Virus record (IMG/VR): IMGVR_UViG_3300009129_001478
Location: 1-64,000 of that record
Length of the DNA: 64,000 bases
Direction: 5' to 3' (one strand)
Source: a virus
Under the pieces are notes generated by a model. It worked only from the letters and a program-made list of their open reading frames with translations, made no database searches and was not told the origin of the DNA. Made by a program: the position numbers and the translations under genes. Shown here in pieces: positions 1 to 11,989 of the stretch (positions are counted from its first letter, which is position 1; each line of letters begins with the position of its first letter).

Positions 1-719
1 AAGCTCTGGTAGCGGTAGGTGTTGATACTCTCTGTGTAGATGTCGCCCATGGTCACCACACTCTAATGAGGGAAGCCCTTAAAAATTTGAGGGCAGAATA
101 CGATAACCATGTCCACATTATGGCAGGCAATGTCTGCACGCTGGAGGGAGTAAATGATCTCGCTGATTGGGGCGCTGATTCTGTACGCTGTAATATTGGT
201 GGGGGTTCCATTTGTTCTACTCGTGTGGTCACGGGTCATGGTCTCCCAGGGCTTCAGACGATCTTTGACTGCGCGCGAACTGACCGAGACGTTGCCATCA
301 TCGCAGATGGAGGTATCCGATCCTCCGGAGACATTGTAAAGGCTTTGGCTGCTGGTGCTGATTTTGTGTTGTGCGGGTCGTTGCTGGCTGGCACTACCGA
401 AACACCTGGCGAGATTGTTTATCGTCAAAATGGATATCCGGTAAAAGAATACCGAGGCATGGCATCAAAGGATGCCCAGCTTGATTGGCGCAACAAATCT
501 TCAACTCCTGAAGGCGTAGCCTCCTATATTCCCTACAAGGGAAGCGTCGTAGATATTCTTAAGGATCTGGAAGGTGGCATCAAGAGCGGCTTTTCGTACA
601 GCGGCTCGCGCAACTTGACAGAACTTAGAAACAAGGTAGAGTGGGCGAGGCAAACTTCCGCCGGTACTCAAGAAAGTAGCACTCATATCCTCAGCACCAA
701 CAATGCCCGGAGAAAATAA
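1..719 (+). CDS. guaB: IMP dehydrogenase / GMP reductase family, 5'-truncated by window edge
   Basis: DVAHGH upstream of the listed [12 protein letters not shown] catalytic loop, [19 protein letters not shown]; GuaB vs GuaC not resolved. Confidence 0.85.
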   Translation, partial: ALVAVGVDTLCVDVAHGHHTLMREALKNLRAEYDNHVHIMAGNVCTLEGVNDLADWGADSVRCNIGGGSICSTRVVTGHGLPGLQTIFDCARTDRDVAIIADGGIRSSGDIVKALAAGADFVLCGSLLAGTTETPGEIVYRQNGYPVKEYRGMASKDAQLDWRNKSSTPEGVASYIPYKGSVVDILKDLEGGIKSGFSYSGSRNLTELRNKVEWARQTSAGTQESSTHILSTNNARRK

Positions 720-1048
720 TGTTTTATCGCAAAGAACCTAAAGAACAGCAGCGCGACCTAGAGAAACCGCCCACAGAGTTTGAAACACAATACAGTCCTC
801 AACCGACATGTTTTGAGGTTCACGAAAAGTGGTGTGTCGGATGTGACAAAACTGACTGTCGGAACTGGATTGATTATGAGGAAGATTTGAACTGCGCCGT
901 TGTTTGTGCTCGCAAGCATGATGGCGGATTAAGCCTCAGAGAGGTGGCAGAGAGGATGGGTGTAAGCTTTCCTCGCGTTAGTCAGATTGAACATGCTGCT
1001 TTTAGGAAGCTTCGTGATTTAGGGGTTTTGGAAGATTTTGACCGATAA
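719..1048 (+). CDS. Sigma70 region-4-like HTH protein with Cys-rich N-terminus
   Basis: LSLREVAERMGVSFPRVSQIEHAAFRKLR. Confidence 0.8.
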   Translation: MFYRKEPKEQQRDLEKPPTEFETQYSPQPTCFEVHEKWCVGCDKTDCRNWIDYEEDLNCAVVCARKHDGGLSLREVAERMGVSFPRVSQIEHAAFRKLRDLGVLEDFDR

Positions 1049-1125
1049 TAGGGTTTTTAACATAACCCGGACCTATTTAAAGTTGATTGCCCTTGGTGGC
1101 AAAATATTCTAGGAGAATTATAATA

Positions 1126-1872
1126 ATGACTAAGAAGAATAACAACCTCATCAACGAAGGTGTTGTGCGACGCTGGGGCAAGCTTGCCAATATGGCACCA
1201 CTCACCGAGAATTTCCTTGACACTGTAGTGCAAGAAGAGGAAGTTGAAGTTGAGGACGAAGAGGTCGTAGCCGAACTTCCCATGGACGACGAAGTGGAAG
1301 TAGAGATGGACGCCGAGGTAGAAGTTGCCGAGGACCCAGTTCTCAACATGGAAGAAGACGACGTTGCCGCCCTAGCTTCTATGCTCATGGATACGCTCGC
1401 AGTCGCCACTAACTCTGATATCGTTGTGACCACCGATGCCGATGCCCCCGCCGAAGATCTCGGCGCTGAAGCTGACGCTCTTGATGACGAAGCCGATGCT
1501 CTCGGTTCTGAAGCAGACGCTGCTCGCGACATGGCTGATGCCGATCGCGACCTAGAAGACGCCGAAGACGACCTTGAAGCCGCAATGCGCAAGGACGCTT
1601 ACAACCGTGATGATGAAGCTCTTGAAGAGGCTGACAGACCTGCTCATGAGAATACCCGTGGTCAAGCCGATGCCGACGGGGGTCATCGTGCAACAAAAGA
1701 CAAAAACAAAAAGAAGGGCGAGTTTGGCAAAGGGCGTCTCAGGCGGGACCCTGACGGCCAAATCGCGAACCGCAAGGACGAGTCACTTGACGTTGACCTA
1801 GTTGACGACGAAGCTCTCACCGAGGCTGTACTTGAGCGCGTGATCACACGCCTACTCAATAAGAGCAAGTAA
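1126..1872 (+). CDS. Highly acidic protein, possible head scaffold/internal protein
   Basis: D/E-rich; LINE and LTE motifs; AGGAG SD before ATG 1126; CTATTTAA upstream. Confidence 0.5.
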   Translation: MTKKNNNLINEGVVRRWGKLANMAPLTENFLDTVVQEEEVEVEDEEVVAELPMDDEVEVEMDAEVEVAEDPVLNMEEDDVAALASMLMDTLAVATNSDIVVTTDADAPAEDLGAEADALDDEADALGSEADAARDMADADRDLEDAEDDLEAAMRKDAYNRDDEALEEADRPAHENTRGQADADGGHRATKDKNKKKGEFGKGRLRRDPDGQIANRKDESLDVDLVDDEALTEAVLERVITRLLNKSK

Positions 1873-1885
1873 GAGCCAGAAAGCG

Positions 1886-2026
1886 ATGCATCGTTTTTCT
1901 AAGAACGACCTTCTAGATTTGATCAAGGAGGTCGTTTCTTCTATTAAGGAAGACAGCAGACGTTGGCTTTTGGAATCTCCCGAACCCAGGGAGACCCTTA
2001 GCGAAAGCAAGGAACGTGAGTCCTAA
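1886..2026 (+). CDS. Small protein with LIKE-type leader (MHRFSKNDLLDLIKEVV...)
   Basis: 46-aa ORF below the track cutoff, fills the gap and shares the leader motif. Confidence 0.5.
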   Translation: MHRFSKNDLLDLIKEVVSSIKEDSRRWLLESPEPRETLSESKERES

Positions 2027-2345
2027 AGTAGTAGAGATCCTCATTCAAGACGGATTCATTACAGAAACTGACAACCTCATTGACGCAGAGAAGGCTTTCT
2101 TCGCTGCGAGGGTTGTTCAGTGGATTCGCGAATCGGTAGATAGTAATCCCCATTTTAATCTTGCAACCTATTTAACCATGCTATCGTACTACAAGCTAGG
2201 ACTAGCCGACTTAAAGTTTTCTGAGGATGGTGCTAGACTTCTGTACAGAATGAGAACGGGCGAGGAGGTAGATAGAGTTGCTAAAACAATTACTGAATCT
2301 TCTCCTGAATTTTTTAAGGATCCCCATCCCGAAGAAACCAACTGA
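2016..2345 (+). CDS. Hypothetical protein
   Basis: ORF in operon context. Confidence 0.55.
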   Translation: MSPKVVEILIQDGFITETDNLIDAEKAFFAARVVQWIRESVDSNPHFNLATYLTMLSYYKLGLADLKFSEDGARLLYRMRTGEEVDRVAKTITESSPEFFKDPHPEETN

Positions 2346-2997
2346 GCCACCACTGGCGGCATTGGAGGAACTGCTTACCCTTGATAATCTTCGGTCACTT
2401 TTAGAGGCAAAGGGTTACGTCTTTTTTGATGGTCACGGCAAAAAGTTAAACCTAAACCTGATAGGGGTGAGAAGAGATAACCAAGGCACTAATGAATTTG
2501 ACGATTTTCTTGTCGTGCTATTTCGTAATAGTGTTGGGGGGATAGACGTGATGACAAAGCACCAATATGAGATCACAACTGATCCTGGCAAGTATTGGCT
2601 AGAAAACCCCACTAACCCGAAGGGTACAGCGATTCTGGTGCCTGGTCAATACAGGGGCGCATGGAAGATCGGCAAGCACCAAAACCGCTACGAAGCACTA
2701 GTTCAGCGCAAGCCAGTGAAAGTTTGGCGCGACAATAACAAAGACGCCATTATAGATTATAATAATATAGAACTGTTATCAGATGAAGGGTACTTTGGAA
2801 TCAACATTCACAGGAGCAACCCATATTCGGAATCGTATCTGGTGAACAGGTGGAGCGCAGGCTGCCAAGTGTTCAAAAAGGTAGAAAACTTTAATGCCTT
2901 TATGTCCCTCTGTAAGGCGTCGGCTAAGCTCTACGGACCTAATTTTACTTATACGCTGATTACTGAGAAAGAATTGCGAAATCACCTGAATAGCTAA
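2278..2997 (+). CDS. YkuD/L,D-transpeptidase-like cell-wall enzyme (putative lysin)
   Basis: LNLIGVR, TTDPG, GINIHR...SAGCQV His/Cys motif. Confidence 0.6.
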   Translation: MLKQLLNLLLNFLRIPIPKKPTEPPLAALEELLTLDNLRSLLEAKGYVFFDGHGKKLNLNLIGVRRDNQGTNEFDDFLVVLFRNSVGGIDVMTKHQYEITTDPGKYWLENPTNPKGTAILVPGQYRGAWKIGKHQNRYEALVQRKPVKVWRDNNKDAIIDYNNIELLSDEGYFGINIHRSNPYSESYLVNRWSAGCQVFKKVENFNAFMSLCKASAKLYGPNFTYTLITEKELRNHLNS

Positions 2998-3036
2998 CTA
3001 TTTATAGGTAGTCATATTTTCAAGGAGAAAATAAAC

Positions 3037-3330
3037 ATGTCACAATATGAAATTACAAAAACACGGTTGGCACAAATTATCAAAGAAGAGTATGAAGCTC
3101 TGAGTGGAGCCAATGCTTTGACCCGCACAATCCATCGCTGGGCAGAAGAGGCAAAGGATATTCCTGTACACTTGACTGTTGCCCGCATGATTGAGAATGG
3201 TGATCTTGATTCAGCCATTGAGACACTTGAGGCTATGCGCGACGTAGCCGACGCTCCGGTGGAAGAGCAGCAGAAAGGGCCTGTGAACTCTATTCGCGAC
3301 ATGATCCGACAAGAAGTGAAGAATTTGTAA
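3037..3330 (+). CDS. Small protein with IIKEE leader
   Basis: EITKTRLAQIIKEE; AAGGAG SD; CTATTTAT upstream. Confidence 0.6.
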   Translation: MSQYEITKTRLAQIIKEEYEALSGANALTRTIHRWAEEAKDIPVHLTVARMIENGDLDSAIETLEAMRDVADAPVEEQQKGPVNSIRDMIRQEVKNL

Positions 3331-3333
3331 TAA

Positions 3334-3750
3334 ATGAATCCTAAGCTCTCGCCCGCACAAATAGAAATCTTGGTCGGTAGTTCTGCGGTCAATAATGAGT
3401 TCTCCAACAAAGTGAGGGAACTTTCTCGCAGGCTGCAACTGAACCAATTAGAATATAATATGTGGGATACCCTGACAGACCAGCAGCATGATATATTTTC
3501 TGGAGATTTATTTCTAGATGGAACGTGCGCTAGTAGTCCTAAAGATTATGTCCTGGGTGCGGTAGAGTCCTGCGGATGCCCCGACGTAGAGGAAGATCTA
3601 TATCATCACTCTCCTGCTTTGATGGGAGAAATAGAAAAACAACAACGACTCTCTGGCGGCGAAGACGTTCATCTTTCTGAGGCAGTGCAAAGACTAGATG
3701 AAACTGTTGGCTCTGTAATTGATGACGTACTAACAGAGCTTTTAACTTAA
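3334..3750 (+). CDS. Hypothetical protein
   Basis: ORF in operon context. Confidence 0.55.
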   Translation: MNPKLSPAQIEILVGSSAVNNEFSNKVRELSRRLQLNQLEYNMWDTLTDQQHDIFSGDLFLDGTCASSPKDYVLGAVESCGCPDVEEDLYHHSPALMGEIEKQQRLSGGEDVHLSEAVQRLDETVGSVIDDVLTELLT

Positions 3751-3766
3751 CAGAAAGCGAGGCAGG

Positions 3767-4555
3767 GTGAAATCCCTACTAAGATATCCGGGCGGCAAGT
3801 CCAGAGCTTTAAAGCACATTATACCTTATTTCCCAAAAAACCTGACAGAAATTGTCAGCCCTTTTTTCGGCGGCGGGTCAATAGAGATTCACTACGCATC
3901 TCAGGGTGTCCGAGTTCATGGCTATGATATATTTGAGCCTCTTGTAAATTTTTGGCAGCAGGTTTTGGAACACCCTCATGATATTGCAAACATGCTAGAG
4001 AATTACTTTTACCCCTGTACTAAAAAGATGTTTAAGGAATATCAAAAGCAGCATGCATCTACCGAGGGTGACGCCACTCTTTTGTTTTGGCGAGAGATGC
4101 GCGCTTGCATGTTCTATGCCCTCAATCGCTCTTCGTTTAGCGGGGCAACTATGAGCGGAGGATACTCAAAACAGGCAGCGGAGAAGAGGTTTACCCAAAG
4201 CAGCATTGATCGCCTTAGAAATTTTGTATGTCCTGCTCTAACTGTGGAGCAGGCAGACTTCGCTGACAGCCTTGGAAGACACAACGATGAAACTTTTATC
4301 TACGCTGACCCACCATATCTTTTGGAAAAGTCTACTCTATACGGTGAAAGGGGCTCAACTCACAAGGACTTTGATCACCAAAGGTTTGCGGAAGAAATAA
4401 AAAAGAAAAACAACTGGGTGATATCATATAATCCTCACCCTGAAATATTAGAACTATACAAAGATTATGAAATCGTATATCCTGAGTGGAGTTACGGTAT
4501 GTCTTCAGACAAAAAGTCTAAGGAAATACTAATCTTGAACGTGAAGGAGAATTAG
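3767..4555 (+). CDS. dam: Dam-like (D12 class) N6-adenine DNA methyltransferase
   Basis: LRYPGGKS, SPFFGGGS, YADPPY, ISYN. Confidence 0.9.
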   Translation: MKSLLRYPGGKSRALKHIIPYFPKNLTEIVSPFFGGGSIEIHYASQGVRVHGYDIFEPLVNFWQQVLEHPHDIANMLENYFYPCTKKMFKEYQKQHASTEGDATLLFWREMRACMFYALNRSSFSGATMSGGYSKQAAEKRFTQSSIDRLRNFVCPALTVEQADFADSLGRHNDETFIYADPPYLLEKSTLYGERGSTHKDFDHQRFAEEIKKKNNWVISYNPHPEILELYKDYEIVYPEWSYGMSSDKKSKEILILNVKEN

Positions 4556-4556
4556 A

Positions 4557-5087
4557 ATGCGTTATTTATTTATGATTAGTTTATTGTTGCCTGCGGTGGC
4601 GACAGCAGATGAGCAGCGAATTGGTTTTGTTGCGGGATCAACCTACGGAGTTGGGCTTGGTTACAGCAAGCAGTTTGATGACGGCAGGGGCTGGCAAGTC
4701 TCACTCCTTCCGATCATTGACGAGGATCTGGACTCAACAGTTTTTGTTGGCGGAACACTTTTTCACACATTGAACTCTACGAGTTGGGGCAGGGCTTATT
4801 GGTCTTTGGGGCTGGCAGCTTTTTATAATCGCCAGACAGAAGAGCAGTGGTCAGACCCAGAGTGCCGACCAGATGAAAGCTGTCCGGAACCAGTTTTGGA
4901 AGGTACCTCGCTCGATGAGGGAATGGTTGTTTCTTTTGGTCCCGGCGTCGGACTTGAGAGAAGGTGGAAGTCCTTTGCGGTATCGCTTGAGTTGCCTTTA
5001 GCGGTGCAGTTGATGGTTCACAATAAGAGCGTAGGGTTCGGTGGTATACGACCTATACCTAACTTCTCGTTGATGTATTTTTGGTGA
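4557..5087 (+). CDS. Secreted outer-membrane beta-barrel-like protein
   Basis: Signal peptide, alternating Gly/aromatic strands, C-terminal YFW. Confidence 0.55.
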   Translation: MRYLFMISLLLPAVATADEQRIGFVAGSTYGVGLGYSKQFDDGRGWQVSLLPIIDEDLDSTVFVGGTLFHTLNSTSWGRAYWSLGLAAFYNRQTEEQWSDPECRPDESCPEPVLEGTSLDEGMVVSFGPGVGLERRWKSFAVSLELPLAVQLMVHNKSVGFGGIRPIPNFSLMYFW

Positions 5088-5108
5088 CAAATAAAAGGGA
5101 GAAAATAA

Positions 5109-6695
<1,587 letters not shown>

Positions 6696-6737
6696 AAACA
6701 CAAGTCTAACGACTAATTAGAACAGCCGGTTTCAAAC

Positions 6738-6769
6738 AAAAAGACCAGTTCTAAAGCACTGGTCTTTTT
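6738..6769. terminator. Intrinsic terminator, possibly bidirectional
   Basis: AAAAAGACCAGT-loop-ACTGGTCTTTTT after groEL. Confidence 0.75.
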
Positions 6770-6792
6770 ATTATTTCAGGGAGGGGGACATA

Positions 6793-7263
6793 GTGAAAGT
6801 TGAGGTACGAGAAGAGACACTTCAAGCGTTGCTTGAAAAGGTGGACAGAATGGAGTGCAAAATTTCCAGTGCTAAGTCCCTGAACGGTGGTTTTGATCAG
6901 ATGATGAGAGAGATAGAGCACATCAAGGAAACTCAAATTAGTGTGCTGGAGGGCATCCGTGGCGTAAAGAAGAATCTTTATGAACCAGACTCAGGGCTTT
7001 TCAGCCGAGTTAAGGAACTGGAATCAGAATCTGCCCGACGCTGGGAATATATTGTTGAGACAAAGCCCATCATCGCCCAGCATCAAGAGCTTTTGGTTTG
7101 GAAAAGAGAAGCACAAAAGGATGTGGAAGAGGTGGAGAATTTACGATTAGAGGTTGCTAAACTGCAAGACTGGAAGGATGGAATGTCCAAGATGGTTTGG
7201 CTAATCGCAACGGCCGCTGGCGGCATGTGGGTCAAACACTTTATGGATATTTTGATGAAATAG
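6793..7263 (+). CDS. Coiled-coil protein with C-terminal membrane anchor
   Basis: Heptad pattern; hydrophobic C-terminus. Confidence 0.55.
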   Translation: MKVEVREETLQALLEKVDRMECKISSAKSLNGGFDQMMREIEHIKETQISVLEGIRGVKKNLYEPDSGLFSRVKELESESARRWEYIVETKPIIAQHQELLVWKREAQKDVEEVENLRLEVAKLQDWKDGMSKMVWLIATAAGGMWVKHFMDILMK

Positions 7264-7400
7264 GGTGTGGTCTGCTCTTTGTCTTCTCGTCGGCGTATCT
7301 TGTGGAATTTATTATCGCTTCCGGTGGAAAAAGTGCGAGAGGCGCAGGCGTAAACTGATTGAAGAGCAGTGGATGTGGCAAGATTGGGGCGAATAAAAAC

Positions 7401-7445
7401 TTGACGTATGCTCTATCTGTGCTAATATACTAGTGTAGGGAGAGC
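7401..7445 (+). promoter_or_regulatory. Sigma70-like early promoter with purine-rich SD leader
   Basis: TTGAC-N17-TAATAT with TG extension, then GTAGGGAGAG. Confidence 0.75.
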
Positions 7446-7450
7446 TAATA

Positions 7451-8089
7451 ATGTCCTATTGGCACCAGATGTATCGCCGTCCCAGTCACAGCCCTCGTCT
7501 TGAGGTTGACAACGGCATCGCGCGTTTTGAGTCCTTGATGTCCAAGAAGCTGTCTGAAAAAGACCGTCCGTTTGCGGAGTCTCTCAAGCGCCAGTTTGAG
7601 GATGGCGGCACATTGAGCGCCAAGCAGGTTGAGTGCCTTGAGCGCATGGAGCAACGCTACTCCCCGGCTTCTGTCCTGAAGCGTGAGCGTTGGGCTCAGT
7701 CCTACAAGGGTGGCCACCGAGAGACTGCCCTAATCGTCGCCAAATACTATCGCACGACTCAGTACTTCCGAGATCTTGCTAGCAAGATTCTTCTTGAGGA
7801 AGACTTCATCCCCACCGAGCGCCAGTTTGAGGCCATGACCAAAAACAAGTATGCCAAGAAGGCAATCGCCGCAGCGACTGAGCCACCTGCCTATCCTGCT
7901 GGTTCTCTTTGCCGGATCCGTGCCAACAGTAGCATGGGAATCCCAAAGGCGATCCAAGATCAGTTTGGGCTGGTTATGGAAAATCATCCGGAAGGTCTTT
8001 ACGCTTCTTCAACCCTGCTTGTAAATGGGCAGAAGGTGCGTCTAGAGGACCGTTGCCTCAAAGCAGCGAAAACAAAAAGAAGAAAGTAA
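7451..8089 (+). CDS. Putative early protein with C-terminal SH3-like barrel
   Basis: Follows early promoter; FAESLKRQ...LSAKQ; YPAGSLCRI. Confidence 0.6.
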   Translation: MSYWHQMYRRPSHSPRLEVDNGIARFESLMSKKLSEKDRPFAESLKRQFEDGGTLSAKQVECLERMEQRYSPASVLKRERWAQSYKGGHRETALIVAKYYRTTQYFRDLASKILLEEDFIPTERQFEAMTKNKYAKKAIAAATEPPAYPAGSLCRIRANSSMGIPKAIQDQFGLVMENHPEGLYASSTLLVNGQKVRLEDRCLKAAKTKRRK

Positions 8090-8139
8090 CTTAACAAAAC
8101 ATTATCTATGTTAGATAATCTTAGAAAGGAGGTTCGTTT

Positions 8140-8574
8140 ATGCGCGCCACAATTAGTTTTGATGTAGAAGTAAACCGCGTTGATGAGACCATGGTCGCTT
8201 TGGTCGGACAAGAGGTAAACACTCTTCATGCCGCCATGGAGTTGCTAGAGAATGTCGGCGCTGACAACCTGTTGTCCAATGTCTCCCAGGCTTTGGAGCA
8301 GATCACTGCTTGTGCCAACCAGCTTCAGCAGTATCAGCGAATGGTTATGAGTTTTGAACGCTCGCGCTATGAGACGATCTTGCCACAGACCGCTGACACA
8401 AATATGGAACTAACTCAAGCCATGGCACAGCCTACCGCTGCTGAGTTGAAAAGTTTTAGCGATCTCCAGACCGCCCTAGATACAGTTCAGGGCTTTGAAT
8501 CTTTTATGGATCCTCTTACTGACAGTTTAGAGAAGCCCGCAGAAGAAGACAGCGAAGACAATGAAGAAGGGTGA
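8140..8574 (+). CDS. Hypothetical protein
   Basis: AAGGAGG SD. Confidence 0.6.
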   Translation: MRATISFDVEVNRVDETMVALVGQEVNTLHAAMELLENVGADNLLSNVSQALEQITACANQLQQYQRMVMSFERSRYETILPQTADTNMELTQAMAQPTAAELKSFSDLQTALDTVQGFESFMDPLTDSLEKPAEEDSEDNEEG

Positions 8575-8782
8575 CTTAGTTTATTTGCCGGCTGATATTA
8601 TGCTTGTAGGGTCGTGGTATAACGGAGCCGCAGAAAGCTGGATTAAGTTGTTGGAACCCACTACGGGAATAATCATTGAACCTAATCTAGATAATGAAAA
8701 TATTTATCACAGAATTCACGCCAAAGGAAGTGAATGGTATGTGAGGACAATTGATACATTGGAGGTAATGTCCCGTGCTTAA
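8561..8782 (+). CDS. Small SH3/KOW-like protein
   Basis: MKKGDLVY...GIII. Confidence 0.5.
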   Translation: MKKGDLVYLPADIMLVGSWYNGAAESWIKLLEPTTGIIIEPNLDNENIYHRIHAKGSEWYVRTIDTLEVMSRA

Positions 8783-9086
8783 AGTCTCAGAAGTATATGA
8801 AAAGCAGATTCGTACCACCAGGGAGCGCCCTGACGGATCCGAATATCTCAATTTTGAAAAGGTTTACGAAACCCGAGAGTGCCTAGTGAACACAGAGTAT
8901 GTTGTTTCTATTCAGCCCCATGAGTTCACGTCAGATATTGACCTGGCGAGAGTGCAGGGAAGTTTTCCCGAGGGAACAAAGTTTAGTACCTTTGTACTTG
9001 ATGGCAACTCTTTTCGCACGTCGGAGATTATTGTGGTAGGGTCTTTTGAAAAGTTTTGTAGATTGCTTCAAGAAAACGACTCATGA
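8775..9086 (+). CDS. Hypothetical protein
   Basis: GGAGG SD, overlapping operon. Confidence 0.55.
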   Translation: MLKVSEVYEKQIRTTRERPDGSEYLNFEKVYETRECLVNTEYVVSIQPHEFTSDIDLARVQGSFPEGTKFSTFVLDGNSFRTSEIIVVGSFEKFCRLLQENDS

Positions 9087-9823
9087 CTATTCCTACCTGG
9101 CAAGAACTTGTGGATAACCACTGCTCATCGCGATGGCTTCCACCTGACGATCGTAACGGTCGCGACCTGAATCCTTTTTATGAGGAGATGGCTTCGCGAA
9201 GGTACAACTATGCCTCTTCTAAGGATGCTTCTGCTTGTCGGCTGGTGTTTTTAAAAGATGTTTTAGAAGATTCTGTCAATAAAACTCTGGTTCGCAGGGG
9301 GCGCTTTGTCTGGTGCCGCAACCTTCATTACGAGGGTCGCGACTGTGAGGATGGCTTGCGTTATGTTTCGTTTACTGTAGATAAGGGCAAGAAACGTTTT
9401 TGCATCGCAGAAAAAAATCTTTTATGCCTTCCGTCTAATTCGTATGTAAATAATAATCGCTTTTTGCAACAAAAAGAAAATACCTTTAAAGCATTCTCTA
9501 CGGTATTCGGGTATAGTAACACCATCGCTATGATGTGTAAAAGCAGTCCTGTTCATTCCAATCGCGAAAGTTTCCTACAGACGCTCCAAGAGGACAACCC
9601 CTATAAGCCGGGCACTTTGGTCAGCGCCAGGCAGGGATATTTTTATCCCGCAGCGATAACTCACCCTGAAGATTTGTTAAAGCCTCACCCATATGGGATC
9701 ATTATAGGTGCAGCCTTCAATAACAATGACTATTCCGGTAGAGAGTTTTATCGTGTAAGGTTTGGGGATACTACTTATGAAAGAGTCCATCCAATTGAAA
9801 TGGAGATTGTAAATGAAGTTTAG
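9083..9823 (+). CDS. Hypothetical protein with C-terminal SH3-like domain
   Basis: YKPGTLV...GIIIG...YRVRFG. Confidence 0.55.
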   Translation: MTIPTWQELVDNHCSSRWLPPDDRNGRDLNPFYEEMASRRYNYASSKDASACRLVFLKDVLEDSVNKTLVRRGRFVWCRNLHYEGRDCEDGLRYVSFTVDKGKKRFCIAEKNLLCLPSNSYVNNNRFLQQKENTFKAFSTVFGYSNTIAMMCKSSPVHSNRESFLQTLQEDNPYKPGTLVSARQGYFYPAAITHPEDLLKPHPYGIIIGAAFNNNDYSGREFYRVRFGDTTYERVHPIEMEIVNEV

Positions 9824-10070
9824 ATTATATACGAAAACCAACTGCCCCTATTGTCAAATGGCGGTCCAGCTTTTAGCAGAGCAGCAGAAAGAGTTTGAAT
9901 GCTATGCCCTTGATAACCAGCCAGAATTACTCAACGAGATTCAGTCCACCTATCGCTGGGAGACTGTGCCCGTCGTGGTGGAAATCACCGAGGGGCAGGA
10001 AAAGTTTATTGGTGGTTTTAATGATCTTAGGGAGTATTTAAATAAAGGTAAACAATTGCTGCGAGGTTAA
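9813..10070 (+). CDS. Glutaredoxin
   Basis: CPYC, TVP, FIGGF. Confidence 0.92.
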   Translation: MKFRLYTKTNCPYCQMAVQLLAEQQKEFECYALDNQPELLNEIQSTYRWETVPVVVEITEGQEKFIGGFNDLREYLNKGKQLLRG

Positions 10071-10073
10071 ATA

Positions 10074-10676
10074 ATGATTTGGAAGATGGGAATCTCCCCG
10101 CTTATCAAAGACGTGGAACTCCGAAAATATCCGGTAATTGTGCGCGTGAACAAATTTGATGAGAAGAGCGCGACCGAGTTTACTGCAAAAATGGCAGCAG
10201 CCCACAGCACCGGACAAAAAGTTATTCCTGTTATTATTGATTCCTATGGGGGACAAGTATATTCCCTCATGTCAATGATTGCAGTCATTAAGGCGTCGGA
10301 GTTACCGGTAGCAACCATCGTAGAGGGCAAGGCAATGTCGTGCGGTGCAGTTCTTTTATCCTGCGGTGAGCAGGGCTTACGTTTTGCCGATCCAGATGCT
10401 ACTGTAATGATTCATGACGTGAGCAGCGGCGGCTGGGGAAAGATAGAAGAATTAAAAGCAGACGTTGCTGAAGCCGAAAGGCTTGATGAGAAGATATTTA
10501 CTATGATGGCTCGTAACTGCGGAAAGAAAGACGACTACTTCAAGAAAAAGGTTTTTAATAAAAAACATGCTGACTGGTTTATGGATGCCCAGGAAGCAAA
10601 GAAACATGGACTTGTCAATCACCTTAGAGTACCTAAGCTCGCTGTAAAGGTAGATGTGGACATAGATTTTGAATAA
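10074..10676 (+). CDS. clpP: ClpP-family protease subunit
   Basis: IDSYGG, AMSCGA (Ser), MIHD (His), DWFMDAQEA (Asp). Confidence 0.88.
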   Translation: MIWKMGISPLIKDVELRKYPVIVRVNKFDEKSATEFTAKMAAAHSTGQKVIPVIIDSYGGQVYSLMSMIAVIKASELPVATIVEGKAMSCGAVLLSCGEQGLRFADPDATVMIHDVSSGGWGKIEELKADVAEAERLDEKIFTMMARNCGKKDDYFKKKVFNKKHADWFMDAQEAKKHGLVNHLRVPKLAVKVDVDIDFE

Positions 10677-11161
10677 TGTTGGAGTTTGTTCTAGTATCAA
10701 TGTTATCTTACGAGTTCCCCTCGTATTTCAATGCTGAACAGCAACTCAATGCAGCCGTCATCATTGATAAGTCTCTTCAAATAGAGAAAGATCCCTACTT
10801 TATGGTAGCCTTGGCGTGGACTGAATCCCGACTCAAGGCTAGCAAAGTTTCCCACACGGGCGACTACGGACTTTTTCAGATCAACTACAGGTTTTGGGCA
10901 AAAAAGTGGGGATACAAGTCTCGTCAAAAGTTTTTGGTGGACATGTCAAGTGCTGCTCATGGCACCGTGGCCGCAGCGGTGGTTCTAAAGGAGATGAGCA
11001 AGTATCGTGCCTGCCAGGGGCTCAATTTAGCTGCGTGTTATAACGGAGGTCCCGGTTGGCAAAAGTCCAAGAACAAAGAAAAGATAATGAAGTATGCGAC
11101 CCAAGTAAATCGCATAAGATCTATTTTCAAGCGCCGCTACCCCGGCTGGCTGGCAAGATGA
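10676..11161 (+). CDS. SLT lytic transglycosylase
   Basis: TES catalytic Glu, GLFQIN, ACYNGG. Confidence 0.85.
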   Translation: MLEFVLVSMLSYEFPSYFNAEQQLNAAVIIDKSLQIEKDPYFMVALAWTESRLKASKVSHTGDYGLFQINYRFWAKKWGYKSRQKFLVDMSSAAHGTVAAAVVLKEMSKYRACQGLNLAACYNGGPGWQKSKNKEKIMKYATQVNRIRSIFKRRYPGWLAR

Positions 11162-11493
11162 GTGATGATCATTATGGGATGAAAGTCGCGACTCTTGTCG
11201 CAGCCGCCGATCGGCTGACTGCTCAACTGGACTATCTTTGCGCTCTTACTCAGTGTCCGGATCCAGAGTGGAGCCTTCCCGATGCCGTCTCTTATGCGTA
11301 TGCTCTTGTATGCCTGGAGAGTCAGTTAGAGTTTTTAGTAGAAGATTTGGCTGATAATGATTTAAGCGAAGACGAGTTGTATGTTAGATTAAGTAAAGAA
11401 GAGGTATATAGCCTCAATCGCTATACAGAGAACTCTGAAGAGGCGCTGAGAAGATTGGAGGAACGATGCGGAATCTCACTAAGAAACAATTGA
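11158..11493 (+). CDS. Hypothetical protein
   Basis: ATGA overlap with upstream stop. Confidence 0.5.
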   Translation: MSDDHYGMKVATLVAAADRLTAQLDYLCALTQCPDPEWSLPDAVSYAYALVCLESQLEFLVEDLADNDLSEDELYVRLSKEEVYSLNRYTENSEEALRRLEERCGISLRNN

Positions 11494-11989
11494 TTTATAT
11501 GAGTTTTTATTACTTCTGGATTATATTCCTCATTGCCTGCATATTCCATGATTTATATTTTGAGTCGATAACAGGCTTTACATTTGGGTATGTATTTGCT
11601 TTGTTTTATTTCACAACGAGGGCACACGAAGCCACACGAGAATTGGAGGATTATAATGAGTAGTCGTTACGGTAACATTGAGGTCGGAGACGTTAGGCAC
11701 TCGCGCTTGTCGGGAGGGCTAACTTTTACAGTTTCTTGCGATGCCAGGGTGCTAGAACTCCTCAAGGAGATTGTGCATAATGATGAGGCCACCCCGGAAG
11801 CTTTGGCGGAAGAATGCCGTGATCTCTTGGAGAGAAAAATTATGATAGATTATACGCGCGGTGGTCATCGGAGAAGTTTATAAATGCTCAAAGAGGCGGT
11901 ATCTTGCACGCTTGTAGGCGCACTTAGTCTTACTATTCTTGCTCTTATCGGGCTAGGGATGATGAGAGATGCTTGTGAGGGTGTGGTCC